Below, piece after piece: positions 1-8,957 of a stretch of 64,000 bases of DNA (the stretch's first letter is position 1; each line of letters opens with the position of its first letter). Source of the DNA: Candidatus Saccharimonadales bacterium. GTDB lineage: Bacteria; Patescibacteriota; Saccharimonadia; Saccharimonadales; UBA10212. The notes under the pieces were generated by a model, which saw only the letters and a list, made by a program, of their open reading frames with translations, did no database searches and had not been told where the DNA came from. Position numbers and translations under genes: made by a program. The stretch covers positions 8,850-72,849 of the forward strand of contig JBBRSU010000003.1 in NCBI GenBank assembly GCA_038245195.1. The letters run 5' to 3'.

Positions 1-161
1 AGTAGTTCCGGATCGTTGTGAGACATTTGGTGGAAAGTCATCTGCATTCTTTCTAGGATAGCAATTGCCATCTCCGGTGTAGCGTGTTTCGAATCAGTCA
101 GCTTTAGATATCGCAATACGCTGTCTATGTCTTTTTCATTCAACTCATATTGTTTCGCCAT
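1..161 (-). CDS. Small hypothetical protein, truncated at window edge (MAKQYELNEKDIDSVLRYLKLTDSKHATPEMAIAILERMQMTFHQMSHNDPELL...)
   Basis: Read manually. ATG at 161 preceded by AGGAG, frame open to position 1, directly downstream of the PLD gene. Confidence 0.7.
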   Translation of the reverse strand, partial: MAKQYELNEKDIDSVLRYLKLTDSKHATPEMAIAILERMQMTFHQMSHNDPEL

Positions 162-173
162 ATCTACTCCTAT

Positions 174-653
174 CTACCAATAATACCTATTAAGTCTCAA
201 AAATCTAACCATTTGATTGGCTAATGGCACGGATTCAATCCGCCGCATAATCTCTTTACTATAGCTCTGCGAAAGAATATTAAGACTGCCTTCCCACAGA
301 ATCCTTCTATCAAGAACAGCTATTTTACGGTGATGATAATCATTGAAAAAACGGACCTTCACACCCATTTGTTTTAAGGATTTGGACGCCATGTAGGCTT
401 GGATGCGCAGGAGTTCTTCGTGATGGCCCGGAAAGCGGGTATTGACTCTAACCTTTACGCCTCTTTTGATTAATTTCCTCAAGGTTGGAGTAAGCAGGGC
501 AACCCGTCCGGTTGTCATGTAAGGGCTCTCAATAATTACCTCGTTTTGACACTTCTTTAAGTCTTGGATAAAGGCCTTGTAGAAGGTGCTTTCATCAAAC
601 AATCGGGAGGTAAGTAAATCCTCGGGTGGGGTCTTATGTATCAGCCTAAACAT
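174..653 (-). CDS. Standalone phospholipase D-like (HKD) domain protein, probable nuclease
   Basis: IESPY motif plus HRKIAVLD..WEGSLN (HxKxxxxD..GSxN). Start moved to 653 because of a GGAGG RBS. Confidence 0.8.
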   Translation of the reverse strand: MFRLIHKTPPEDLLTSRLFDESTFYKAFIQDLKKCQNEVIIESPYMTTGRVALLTPTLRKLIKRGVKVRVNTRFPGHHEELLRIQAYMASKSLKQMGVKVRFFNDYHHRKIAVLDRRILWEGSLNILSQSYSKEIMRRIESVPLANQMVRFLRLNRYYW

Positions 654-1029
654 TGTCATCCTCCAACTCTGGATAAATAACCTTTTCGCCATCGTAGACC
701 ATCCCAAGACCCACTAACTTTTCATGCATCAGTAGTAAACTAGGGTAGAGCGAGTTCCACCTATGGGCAACTTGGCTCACCAAGCTTACGTCCTTACTAC
801 AGTGGACTAGCGTATTTGTACTTGGAGCAAGCAGCCAGCGGTTACGACCCAAAAAGATATAGAGCCCGACAACCAGATCCTTTTTTATAATATAACTTAC
901 TATCTCCTGGGTATTACAGTCTATAAGAAATCCTTTAGAAGACCGTCAAAAAAACCGAACCAAACTAACAGGTCTTTTGTTACCAAAAACCGCTAAATAT
1001 ACTCGAATCAACACCTTATTTACAAACAG

Positions 1030-1066
1030 TGTCAATATTGACAACAGCAGACTATAAAAGGACAAT
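1030..1066 (+). promoter_or_regulatory. Palindrome TGTCAATATTGACA containing a -35 TTGACA, with a possible -10 GACAAT 17 bp downstream
   Basis: Perfect 14-bp palindrome at 1030-1043 upstream of the binding-protein gene. Confidence 0.5.
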
Positions 1067-1095
1067 CGGTGTAAGATTAACATAAGAGGTTATTA

Positions 1096-2772
1096 ATGGA
1101 CGATCAAATCAGACCCACCACGCAAGATCCTGCAACTGTAAATACTCCTTCAGATACCCCACCTGCGGCCAATAGTAACCAAACCTATCAGCCAAACGAA
1201 CAATCACAAGCGGCACCACCAGCGACGGTACCCGAACAGCCCAAACCCAAATCAAAGAAAATAAAGCTTATCGTATTATTATTGGTTTTAGTGCTGATTG
1301 CCACTGCCGCTGCTTTGGCTCTTAACAAAATTGCTAAGCCCCAGAAAACAGCCGTACAGACGACAAAAAAATCGGTCGATATACTCAAATTCGGCGTTAC
1401 TCAACCCTTTGTGACAGATTTTTACCCTAAGTCGGCCAGCGATATCCTGCCTCTCGAAGTAAATAACCAGATTTTTGAAGGTCTTACCCAGTATCAAAAC
1501 GGAAATCAAATAGTTCCAGATTTGGCGAAAAGCTGGACTAATCCAGACAATACAACCTGGACATTTAAGCTTTTGAATGGTGTTAAATTTCATAATGGTC
1601 ACCCGCTTGCTGCCCAGGATGTCAAAGCCAGTCTTGATGCCCTCCAAACTACTGACTACGGCAAAGCTTACGGCGGCTCTATAAAATCAGTCAAAGCCGT
1701 AGACACCACTACTGTTCAAATTACCACAACCACGCCCGACCCATTGCTGCCAAATGAATTAGCTAATCTATGGATTTATGACACTACGTCAGCTACCCCA
1801 AATGATCCGGCGAATGGCACCGGACCATATGTGATTAAACCGGGTACTAAACTTACCGTCGATAGTCTCCAGCTTGTTGCCAATAATACCTATCATGGAG
1901 GCCAGCCTTCAGTTAAAGAAGTAGATTTCAAGTTTTATAGTGATTCCAGCTCAGAGGTTGCCGACCTCAAGCAAGGTAAGCTCGATATAGCAGACCTTGG
2001 TTCCAAATCAGCGGTAAGCGACCTCGGCACAAGCAACTTCAAGGCTTATGGGCCTAATAATATCCAGGTATACTTCATAGTTCCAAATACATTGAAAGCC
2101 GGTTCGCCGCTTCAAAACTTAAAGGTACGCAAGGCTATTTATAGTGCTATCGACCCCAGTGCCCTTGAGAAAGCCGACGGTAAAACCGGAACCCCAGCTA
2201 ATCAGCTGGTACCACAGGATATCCCGGGGTTCAACCCCGATATAAAACGCCCAGTGCTTAACCCAACCCAAGCCAAAGCCGATGTAGCAGCCGCCGGATT
2301 TCCAAATGGTTTTACTGTTACCTTTACCTACTTTGCACCTCACCAAGCCTTGGCAGCAGAACTACAAAAGGAACTAGCTCCACTGGGTATAAAACTGACT
2401 CTCGATCCTCAAACAGTCGGTTCGGTTCTCGGTAAAAAAGTCTTTAGCGGTGGTACTGATTTATTCTACTTCGGTTATAGTAGTAGCCTTGTAGATAGCA
2501 GTGATGTTTTCCAGCAATTGTTAGTTGATACGGCTAACTATAAAAATAGCCAGGTAGACACCCTTTTTAGCCAATCGTCCACGACATTCAATAATGTTGC
2601 TCGCCTAAAGCTACTACAGCAAATAAACCAGGTGGCCATGGATGATGCGGCGGTCTTCCCGCTCTTCACTCCTGAGCCCGGCTTCTTCGCTGTAAAGTCT
2701 AACTTAGTGGTCCAGGCTGATGTTCTTGCAAACTATAGCTCTATAAGTTTTTGGAAAGTTTACGCGCAGTAG
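1096..2772 (+). CDS. Family 5 (OppA/DppA-like) extracellular solute-binding protein with N-terminal membrane anchor
   Basis: IFEGLT..PDLAKSW..WTFKL..GVKFHNG and GTGPY motifs. Pro/Gln-rich N-terminus followed by one TM helix; no lipobox. Confidence 0.9.
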   Translation: MDDQIRPTTQDPATVNTPSDTPPAANSNQTYQPNEQSQAAPPATVPEQPKPKSKKIKLIVLLLVLVLIATAAALALNKIAKPQKTAVQTTKKSVDILKFGVTQPFVTDFYPKSASDILPLEVNNQIFEGLTQYQNGNQIVPDLAKSWTNPDNTTWTFKLLNGVKFHNGHPLAAQDVKASLDALQTTDYGKAYGGSIKSVKAVDTTTVQITTTTPDPLLPNELANLWIYDTTSATPNDPANGTGPYVIKPGTKLTVDSLQLVANNTYHGGQPSVKEVDFKFYSDSSSEVADLKQGKLDIADLGSKSAVSDLGTSNFKAYGPNNIQVYFIVPNTLKAGSPLQNLKVRKAIYSAIDPSALEKADGKTGTPANQLVPQDIPGFNPDIKRPVLNPTQAKADVAAAGFPNGFTVTFTYFAPHQALAAELQKELAPLGIKLTLDPQTVGSVLGKKVFSGGTDLFYFGYSSSLVDSSDVFQQLLVDTANYKNSQVDTLFSQSSTTFNNVARLKLLQQINQVAMDDAAVFPLFTPEPGFFAVKSNLVVQADVLANYSSISFWKVYAQ

Positions 2773-2852
2773 AACTTTTTCCGCTCGGTGCTTTTCTAGA
2801 TTGACTTTTTTTCCGCCTATGTCCACAGTCATGAGATATAACCATAAGCATA

Positions 2853-4313
2853 ATGGAATATAATCCAAAACTTTCAAAACGAACCTGGTGGCAACTTAAA
2901 CTCCGCGGCAAATTCATATCCGTTATTAGTGTTATCTTAATAATAATTTTCGGATTAACCGCTTTTTTTCTAGTTAAAAGTGTGCGTAATAACTTGACCA
3001 ATGGTCTTAATAACGAAACTACGGCCTTCGCGGCCCTAGCCACCAAGCCCATAGGCGATAATTTTGTTATTTACCATGAATCAGGAACCTTGTTAGTTCA
3101 GCAGCAAATGCAAAAGTTTGCAGTCCTCGATCCAAACGTCTCCAATATAGCCGTTGTGAACTTAGCCGGTCTTTCACAATTCAGTCTTACCGGTAAGCCA
3201 ATCAATGCTTCAACCGTATCTGTGAGTAGTTTTGAGTCAACGACCGTATCAAACAAGAAGGGGCAGATAGTCCAAGCAGTTGAGCCTTATGTTGACGATA
3301 GTGGCCAGCATAGCTATGCCATCGCATTTGAAATTTCACCCAGCCGGGTTGAGGAGACCATCCAAAAAGAAGGGCTAACGATACTGATCTTGATGCTAGT
3401 TGGACTGCTGTTCAGTGCCATTGCTACTTACGAATTTATTAACTTCTTCTTCCTTCAGTCCATAAACTCGCTGACACAGACTGCTCGGGTGATCGCTGAC
3501 GGCAGATACGCAACTAGGGTACATTCCAGCCGCTATGATGAAATCGGTACCCTGGCCGGCAGTATAGATAACATGGCTGACGCCTTGGAAGCCGACATTT
3601 CCAAACTCCAAGAACTAGATAAACAAAAAGACGAATTTATAAAGATTGTTTCTCATAACCTTCGGACCCCACTAACAATCATCCAAAGCAACGCCTCTTT
3701 CATGGACAACGCCCAGCTGAGTCCGATAATGAAGAAGATGGTACAGGGGATCGAGGACAGTGCCCGCCGCCTAAATCTATTTTCAGAACAAATTTTAACA
3801 ATCAGTGAATTCGAATCTGAGCAAACCAATCGGGCCATGCTGGAAGAAGTCTCGCTAAGTGATCTTTTAGGACCGCTCAGCCGGGAATACGAGGCCTACT
3901 CAAAGACCACGAAACGAATTAACTTCCACACCGAAGTTGAGAATACCGACGCCAAGTTCTTTACCAGCCGCTATCAAGTAGTCAGCGCGGTTCGTAATTT
4001 ATTGGATAACGCCCTAAAGTTTACACCAGAGGACGGGTCGGTAGTACTTACCGCCCAGATCAGTGCCGGCAAAGTATATATAAAGGTCAGCGACAGCGGC
4101 ATTGGTATTAAAAAAGAGGAAATGCCTAAGCTGTTCACCAAATTCCACCGCGGTAGCGAGACGTTAGTTTATAACTACGAAGGCACTGGAATTGGCCTTT
4201 ATGTAACTAAATTAATTATCGAACAACTCAACGGTAAGATCACTGCTGAAAGCAGACTGGGTGAGGGTAGTGCCTTTACAATAGAGTTGCCCTATTTAAC
4301 CTCTGGTAGTTAA
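2853..4313 (+). CDS. Membrane sensor histidine kinase (2 TM, HAMP, HisKA, HATPase)
   Basis: HAMP DEIGTLA, H-box SHNLRTPL, NLLDNALKF, DSGIGI, GTGIGL. Confidence 0.95.
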   Translation: MEYNPKLSKRTWWQLKLRGKFISVISVILIIIFGLTAFFLVKSVRNNLTNGLNNETTAFAALATKPIGDNFVIYHESGTLLVQQQMQKFAVLDPNVSNIAVVNLAGLSQFSLTGKPINASTVSVSSFESTTVSNKKGQIVQAVEPYVDDSGQHSYAIAFEISPSRVEETIQKEGLTILILMLVGLLFSAIATYEFINFFFLQSINSLTQTARVIADGRYATRVHSSRYDEIGTLAGSIDNMADALEADISKLQELDKQKDEFIKIVSHNLRTPLTIIQSNASFMDNAQLSPIMKKMVQGIEDSARRLNLFSEQILTISEFESEQTNRAMLEEVSLSDLLGPLSREYEAYSKTTKRINFHTEVENTDAKFFTSRYQVVSAVRNLLDNALKFTPEDGSVVLTAQISAGKVYIKVSDSGIGIKKEEMPKLFTKFHRGSETLVYNYEGTGIGLYVTKLIIEQLNGKITAESRLGEGSAFTIELPYLTSGS

Positions 4314-4506
4314 TCGCCTGTCAGACTTTTATTTAGACTAAAGGAGTATCATGTGGCTCAAGGCGACTGCTCTCCGAGTTAAATCACCTAACCATTAATG
4401 TATATTAGCTTCAGCCTATCTAATTTCTCGTGCATCAGCAGTAGCATAGACTATAGCGACTTCCACCTACTGGGTGCCTGGCTGACCACAATTCAACTTA
4501 ATATGT

Positions 4507-4534
4507 AAAAGACCCCCTTTTTTGGGTCGCTTTT
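4507..4534. terminator. Probable bidirectional intrinsic terminator
   Basis: AAAA-GACCC..GGGTC-GC-TTTT hairpin between convergent genes. Confidence 0.55.
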
Positions 4535-4544
4535 GTTAAGGGCT

Positions 4545-4706
4545 TTAAGTTCGCTTAGAGCGTTGGCCACCTTTTTTTCCGGCTTTGCTGGCTAGCTCTC
4601 GGTTATTTTTGAAGTTTTGCGGACTGCTTTTACCACCCTTACTTTGGATAGCTTTGGCGTCAGAATCACTCATTGCCGCAAACCCACGGGGACTTTTATC
4701 TGCCAT
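4545..4706 (-). CDS. KGG-repeat stress-induced small protein (YciG/YmdF-like), 53 aa
   Basis: Manual translation MADKSPRGFAAMSDSDAKAIQSKGGKSSPQNFKNNRELASKAGKKGGQRSKRT; strong AAGGAGGT RBS; below the ORF-track cutoff. Confidence 0.9.
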   Translation of the reverse strand: MADKSPRGFAAMSDSDAKAIQSKGGKSSPQNFKNNRELASKAGKKGGQRSKRT

Positions 4707-4820
4707 GTTCACCTCCTTGTATTAGTAGCAACTACAAGCGTAATCCTATGCCTCTAAACAATCTATGAGAATACTTACAGTTTAAAGGTAAGAATTAAGA
4801 CTTGTTTTAGATACTTATAT

Positions 4821-5131
4821 GGGCTAGTCGTTGGGGTAGTAGGTTAATGGTAGACACAAATTCGCATACATAAACATAAACTTAACCGAAACGATAGCTT
4901 GCCAAAGACTCACCGACGGCTCTAAAATTAGTTCAGCCATGTGAGGGCTCCTAAGCCTAGGTTCCTCCTCGCAGACTACTATTTTCCAAGGACGGCAAAC
5001 GCCTGTCGCTGCCGATTCCTTTAAGCCATCAGCTTTCTTAGTAAACGGAATGAATACCGGACGGTTATTCGGTCTTACCTAAGCAGCTATCTCTTCCAAA
5101 AAAACCCGTTCGCCACATCTAGAACAGATGG
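4821..5131 (+). ncRNA. Putative structured leader or ncRNA upstream of the dinB cassette
   Basis: Series of hand-paired hairpins and no credible ORF (see findings). Confidence 0.45.
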
Positions 5132-5178
5132 AGGCCCTATCTTTTATAACTCTTAAATCTCTTCAAAAGGAGCCCAAA

Positions 5179-5484
5179 ATGGACCAAGTAACGCTAGTCA
5201 ACAAAGATGTTAACATCGTAGCTTTCTACTTTAAGAGCAACGCTCGGCGACTGCGCTGTTTTCCTAAGCGCATGGAGTACGATGGCAAGCGCATAGACTT
5301 CACCGAAACTGGCCTAGTACACCCCACCACAAAAGGCCAGCGCATGGTACACGTGTTCGATATGACCGACGGCCAAGCCGATTACCGGCTGGAGTTTGAC
5401 GCCCAAGCCCTCAGCTGGACTCTAGTAGCTATAACCGACACCGATTATGCCCCAATATCACCGAAATTTGCTACTGCCCATTAA
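5179..5484 (+). CDS. Small beta-rich hypothetical protein overlapping the start of dinB
   Basis: AAGGAG RBS before ATG 5179; ends YRLEFD...SWTL; overlaps the polymerase ORF. Confidence 0.8.
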   Translation: MDQVTLVNKDVNIVAFYFKSNARRLRCFPKRMEYDGKRIDFTETGLVHPTTKGQRMVHVFDMTDGQADYRLEFDAQALSWTLVAITDTDYAPISPKFATAH

Positions 5485-6724
5485 TAGCCAGCCGCCCCAG
5501 ATACTGCACATCGACCTTAATAGTTGTTTTGCGACCGTGGAACAACAAGCCAGGCCGATGCTACGGGGCCGGCCACTGGGCGTTACTAACCGCCTGACTA
5601 AGAACGCCTGCGTGGTGGCCGCCAGCTACGAGGCCAAGGCCCAGGGTGTTAAAGTTGGCATGAGTTTTAGTGAAGCCAAGCTACTGGCCCCCGATTTGAT
5701 AATGGTTGAAACCGACCCTCCCAAATATCATTACGCCTACAAAAAGCTGATCAAAATCATGAAATCTTACTCGCCAGCTATCAGTATGAAAAGTATCGAC
5801 GAGGGCATAATTGATTTTCATGGTACGCACGAAAATATTAACCAGCGGCCACTAAGCGTCATTGGCCACGAGATAAAAGACCGCCTGCGCCAGGAGGTCG
5901 GCTCGTGGATGCGGTGCAATATCGGTATCGCTCCCAATCGCTTTTTAGCCAAAACCGCAGCTTCGCTGCACAAACCCGATGGACTGGACATCATCACTCA
6001 CAAAAACCTACGCCAAACCCTTGCAACTATGCAATTAACTGATTTAAGCGGTATCGCGGAGCGCAATCAGGCCCGACTGAACTCGGCGGGGGTTTATACA
6101 CCCCTACAGTTCTTGGACGCACCGGCCGAACTGCTGGTCCGAAAAGCTTTTGGCAGTATTTGTGGCGAAGATTGGCACAAGCGGTTGCGGGGCTGGGAAG
6201 TGGATGCGGTGGAGTTTGAGACCAAGACTGTCGGCCGACAGTTTGTAATGGACGAGTGGCGGCCCAGCGACGAGACCCTTCATAGCCGGCTGAGCCACCT
6301 GGCCGAGACCACGGCTATGAAACTGCGCTACCGAGGGTATGCTGCCCGGGGTGTTTATATCTATCTGGCCTACGCTAACGGCGATATTTGGTATGAACGT
6401 AAGCTGTTTAAAGCCCCGGTATCGAACGGGACTGACGTCTACCGACGGATGTTGCTATTATTTAACCGCCGTCCGCGCTACGACTGGGTCAGAATGATAG
6501 CGGTTTCGTGCTATCGACTAGAGCCCAGTAACACTAGTCAAATTAGCTTGCTGGAGGAAGTCAACCGCGAGACCTGGCTAAGCCAAGCCATAGACACTAT
6601 TAATAGCCAGTACGGCGAGTTCACCGTAACCTACGCTTCCAGCTTGGCGGCCAAAGACTCTATTAAACAGAAAATACCCTTCGGCAGTACTCGCTACTTT
6701 GAGCTACTTTGCAATCACGCCTAA
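5447..6724 (+). CDS. dinB: Y-family error-prone DNA polymerase (DinB/UmuC family)
   Basis: HIDLNSCFATVEQ, AASYEAK, SIDE and AKTAASLHKPDG motifs; QISLL clamp-binding-like motif; C-terminal AIDTINSQYG. Confidence 0.93.
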   Translation: MPQYHRNLLLPINSQPPQILHIDLNSCFATVEQQARPMLRGRPLGVTNRLTKNACVVAASYEAKAQGVKVGMSFSEAKLLAPDLIMVETDPPKYHYAYKKLIKIMKSYSPAISMKSIDEGIIDFHGTHENINQRPLSVIGHEIKDRLRQEVGSWMRCNIGIAPNRFLAKTAASLHKPDGLDIITHKNLRQTLATMQLTDLSGIAERNQARLNSAGVYTPLQFLDAPAELLVRKAFGSICGEDWHKRLRGWEVDAVEFETKTVGRQFVMDEWRPSDETLHSRLSHLAETTAMKLRYRGYAARGVYIYLAYANGDIWYERKLFKAPVSNGTDVYRRMLLLFNRRPRYDWVRMIAVSCYRLEPSNTSQISLLEEVNRETWLSQAIDTINSQYGEFTVTYASSLAAKDSIKQKIPFGSTRYFELLCNHA

Positions 6725-6793
6725 AGATTGATTAACCAGATAAAAAAACAGATAATGTAGTCATTAGCGTAATAAAGATGAAGAAATTTGGGC

Positions 6794-8077
6794 ATGGCTA
6801 GTACATATCTATTAGGAGCCTTAGGCACACTAGGCCTGATTACTCTGCTATTTTTAGCATTCTCATATCTGAGCCAGCGCAAGATGCCCCGTAGACCAAA
6901 ACCTGGCCAGGATGATATTGAAACTAACTTTATCTTGGATACTATCGAGGATGGAGTGGTGGTGATTAACCAAAGCGGGAATGTTCGATTGTTAAACCCG
7001 GCAGCCGCCCAAATTTGCGGTTGGGCCTCACAAGAAGCCATGGGCTTAAACTATAAAAATGTAATTCGACTGGTAGATGATAAAGGTCAGCCTATCGCCG
7101 ACACAGCTAACCCGTTTGGAATAAGTCTGGCCAATGGTCAGTCCAGCCGTGACAGCAACGCGACTTTGTCGACTAAGAACAATACACCAGTACCGATTTC
7201 ATTGATTGTTTCGCCGATACTAGACTCCGGCGGGAAGCCACGGGGTGGGGTAGTCGCCGTGTTTCGGGACATAGCCAAAGAAAAAGCCGAAGAGGCTCGG
7301 AGGTCTGACTTTATTAGTACGGCTTCGCACGAGATGCGAACCCCACTGGCCGCCATTGAAGGTTACCTTTCGCTGGCACTCAACCCCAAAACCGCCCAAA
7401 TTGATGCCAACGCCCGAAACTTGCTAGAAAAAGCTGCCAGTTCAACTAAACATCTTGGCGAGTTATTCCGAGATTTACTAACCAGCTCCAAAGCAGAGGA
7501 CGGTCGCTTAATTAGCTACCCAACAGTAATTGAAATTGGCGAGCTATTAGAACAAGTGTCTGAGGCCGCCAAATTTCCAGCCAAGCAAAAAGGCTTGGAT
7601 TTGAAATATAGTGTCAGTGCCGATAACTCAAACCAGGGTGGCAAGGTAGTCCGACCGCTGTACTACGCTTTTGTGGACCCCAACCGGGTTAGGGAAGTTT
7701 TTCAGAACATCGTCGATAACGCTATGAAATACACCATGGAAGGAACCATTAACGTACGGTTAACTGGCGATGAATCGGTGATACAAATCCAAGTCCAAGA
7801 CAGTGGTGTCGGCATCCCTACCGAAGATATCTCGCACTTATTTCAAAAATTTTATCGAGTTGATAATTCCAGTACCCGCACGGTTGGTGGTACCGGGCTA
7901 GGCCTTTTTATATGCAAGAAAATTGTAGAGTTGTACAATGGCCGTATCTGGGTGGAAAGCGATTATGGAAAGGGTAGCACCTTCTTTATAAATCTGCCGA
8001 GATTAAATGGCCAGCAAGCTTTAGACTTGCAGCAGAAGCAAGCCTCCAGCATTGGGCCGGCCGCCCAGCTCCTTTAG
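6794..8077 (+). CDS. PAS-domain sensor histidine kinase
   Basis: One N-terminal TM, PAS (IEDGVVVI..NPAA), H-box SHEMRTPL, GGTGLGL. Confidence 0.95.
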   Translation: MASTYLLGALGTLGLITLLFLAFSYLSQRKMPRRPKPGQDDIETNFILDTIEDGVVVINQSGNVRLLNPAAAQICGWASQEAMGLNYKNVIRLVDDKGQPIADTANPFGISLANGQSSRDSNATLSTKNNTPVPISLIVSPILDSGGKPRGGVVAVFRDIAKEKAEEARRSDFISTASHEMRTPLAAIEGYLSLALNPKTAQIDANARNLLEKAASSTKHLGELFRDLLTSSKAEDGRLISYPTVIEIGELLEQVSEAAKFPAKQKGLDLKYSVSADNSNQGGKVVRPLYYAFVDPNRVREVFQNIVDNAMKYTMEGTINVRLTGDESVIQIQVQDSGVGIPTEDISHLFQKFYRVDNSSTRTVGGTGLGLFICKKIVELYNGRIWVESDYGKGSTFFINLPRLNGQQALDLQQKQASSIGPAAQLL

Positions 8078-8131
8078 TAATCAAACCATGTTACAATTAA
8101 CAATAAAGTAAACTTAAGAAGTAAAAACACT

Positions 8132-8890
8132 ATGCCAAAAGTACTGCTCGTAGAAGACGATAATAACCTAAGAGAAATTTTTCAAATGCGCCTCCAGGCC
8201 GAAGGCTACAACACGGTTGTGGCCGCCGATGGCGAAGAAGGTCTAGTTTCGGCCATGAAAGAAAAGCCCGATTTGGTAATTGCTGATGTTATGATGCCAA
8301 AGCTCAGCGGTTTCGAGATGGTCGAGAGCTTGCGGGCGGCTCCTGAAACTAAAGATATAAAGGTCATTATGATGACCGCCCTAGGCCAAGCCGAGGACCA
8401 GGCTCGCGGCGAAAAGCTGGGCGTGGTAAAGTATTTAGTGAAGTCACAAGTAACCTTGGAAGATTTCGCTAGGGTGGTCAAGGAAGCCTTAGGACCAGGT
8501 GATCCTAATGCATCTGCGGCCCCCCAATTAGGTCAAGTTTCCAATAACAATCAATCAGAAAGCGAGACAAGTATGGACGATCAGTCTACCAATCCAGCTC
8601 CGGCACCAGCTGAACCAAGTGCCGATTCAACCACCCCAGCAACTAATCCAGTAAGTGGCGATATGCCGGCTGATGGCTCGGTTTCAACCGACCAACAGAC
8701 CAGTGCCCAAGAGTCTAATGTAGTTCAAGACCAAGTCGACCAGTTTGCAACCAGCCCAGCACCAGATGCCGCTGCTCCTGCTAACGATGGCGGAATGCCA
8801 GGTACTGATCCGGTAGCTCCTCCAGCCGACCCGATGCCAGCTGGCGATACACCGGCCGCACCTAGCGACCCAACTAGCAACGCACTCTAA
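8132..8890 (+). CDS. Response regulator receiver with long acidic Pro-rich disordered C-terminus
   Basis: VLLVEDD, DVMMP, MMT and YLVK conserved; no output domain. Confidence 0.92.
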   Translation: MPKVLLVEDDNNLREIFQMRLQAEGYNTVVAADGEEGLVSAMKEKPDLVIADVMMPKLSGFEMVESLRAAPETKDIKVIMMTALGQAEDQARGEKLGVVKYLVKSQVTLEDFARVVKEALGPGDPNASAAPQLGQVSNNNQSESETSMDDQSTNPAPAPAEPSADSTTPATNPVSGDMPADGSVSTDQQTSAQESNVVQDQVDQFATSPAPDAAAPANDGGMPGTDPVAPPADPMPAGDTPAAPSDPTSNAL

Positions 8891-8907
8891 GACTTTAGAA
8901 CGGTTTT

Positions 8908-8938
8908 AAAAGTACCCCTGTTAAAACAGGGGTACTTT
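8908..8938. terminator. Intrinsic terminator
   Basis: AAAGTACCCCTGTT-AA-AACAGGGGTACTTT inverted repeat. Confidence 0.85.
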
Positions 8939-8957
8939 CTTTATAATAGTAGGCTTG

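Noticed and set aside
646-852. 68-aa minus-strand ORF upstream of the PLD gene
   Set aside because: TTG start, no RBS and no recognisable motif.
4341-4508. AAGGAG-preceded 15-aa ORF (4351-4398) and an overlapping 36-aa ORF
   Set aside because: Too short and featureless to support; could be a gene remnant.
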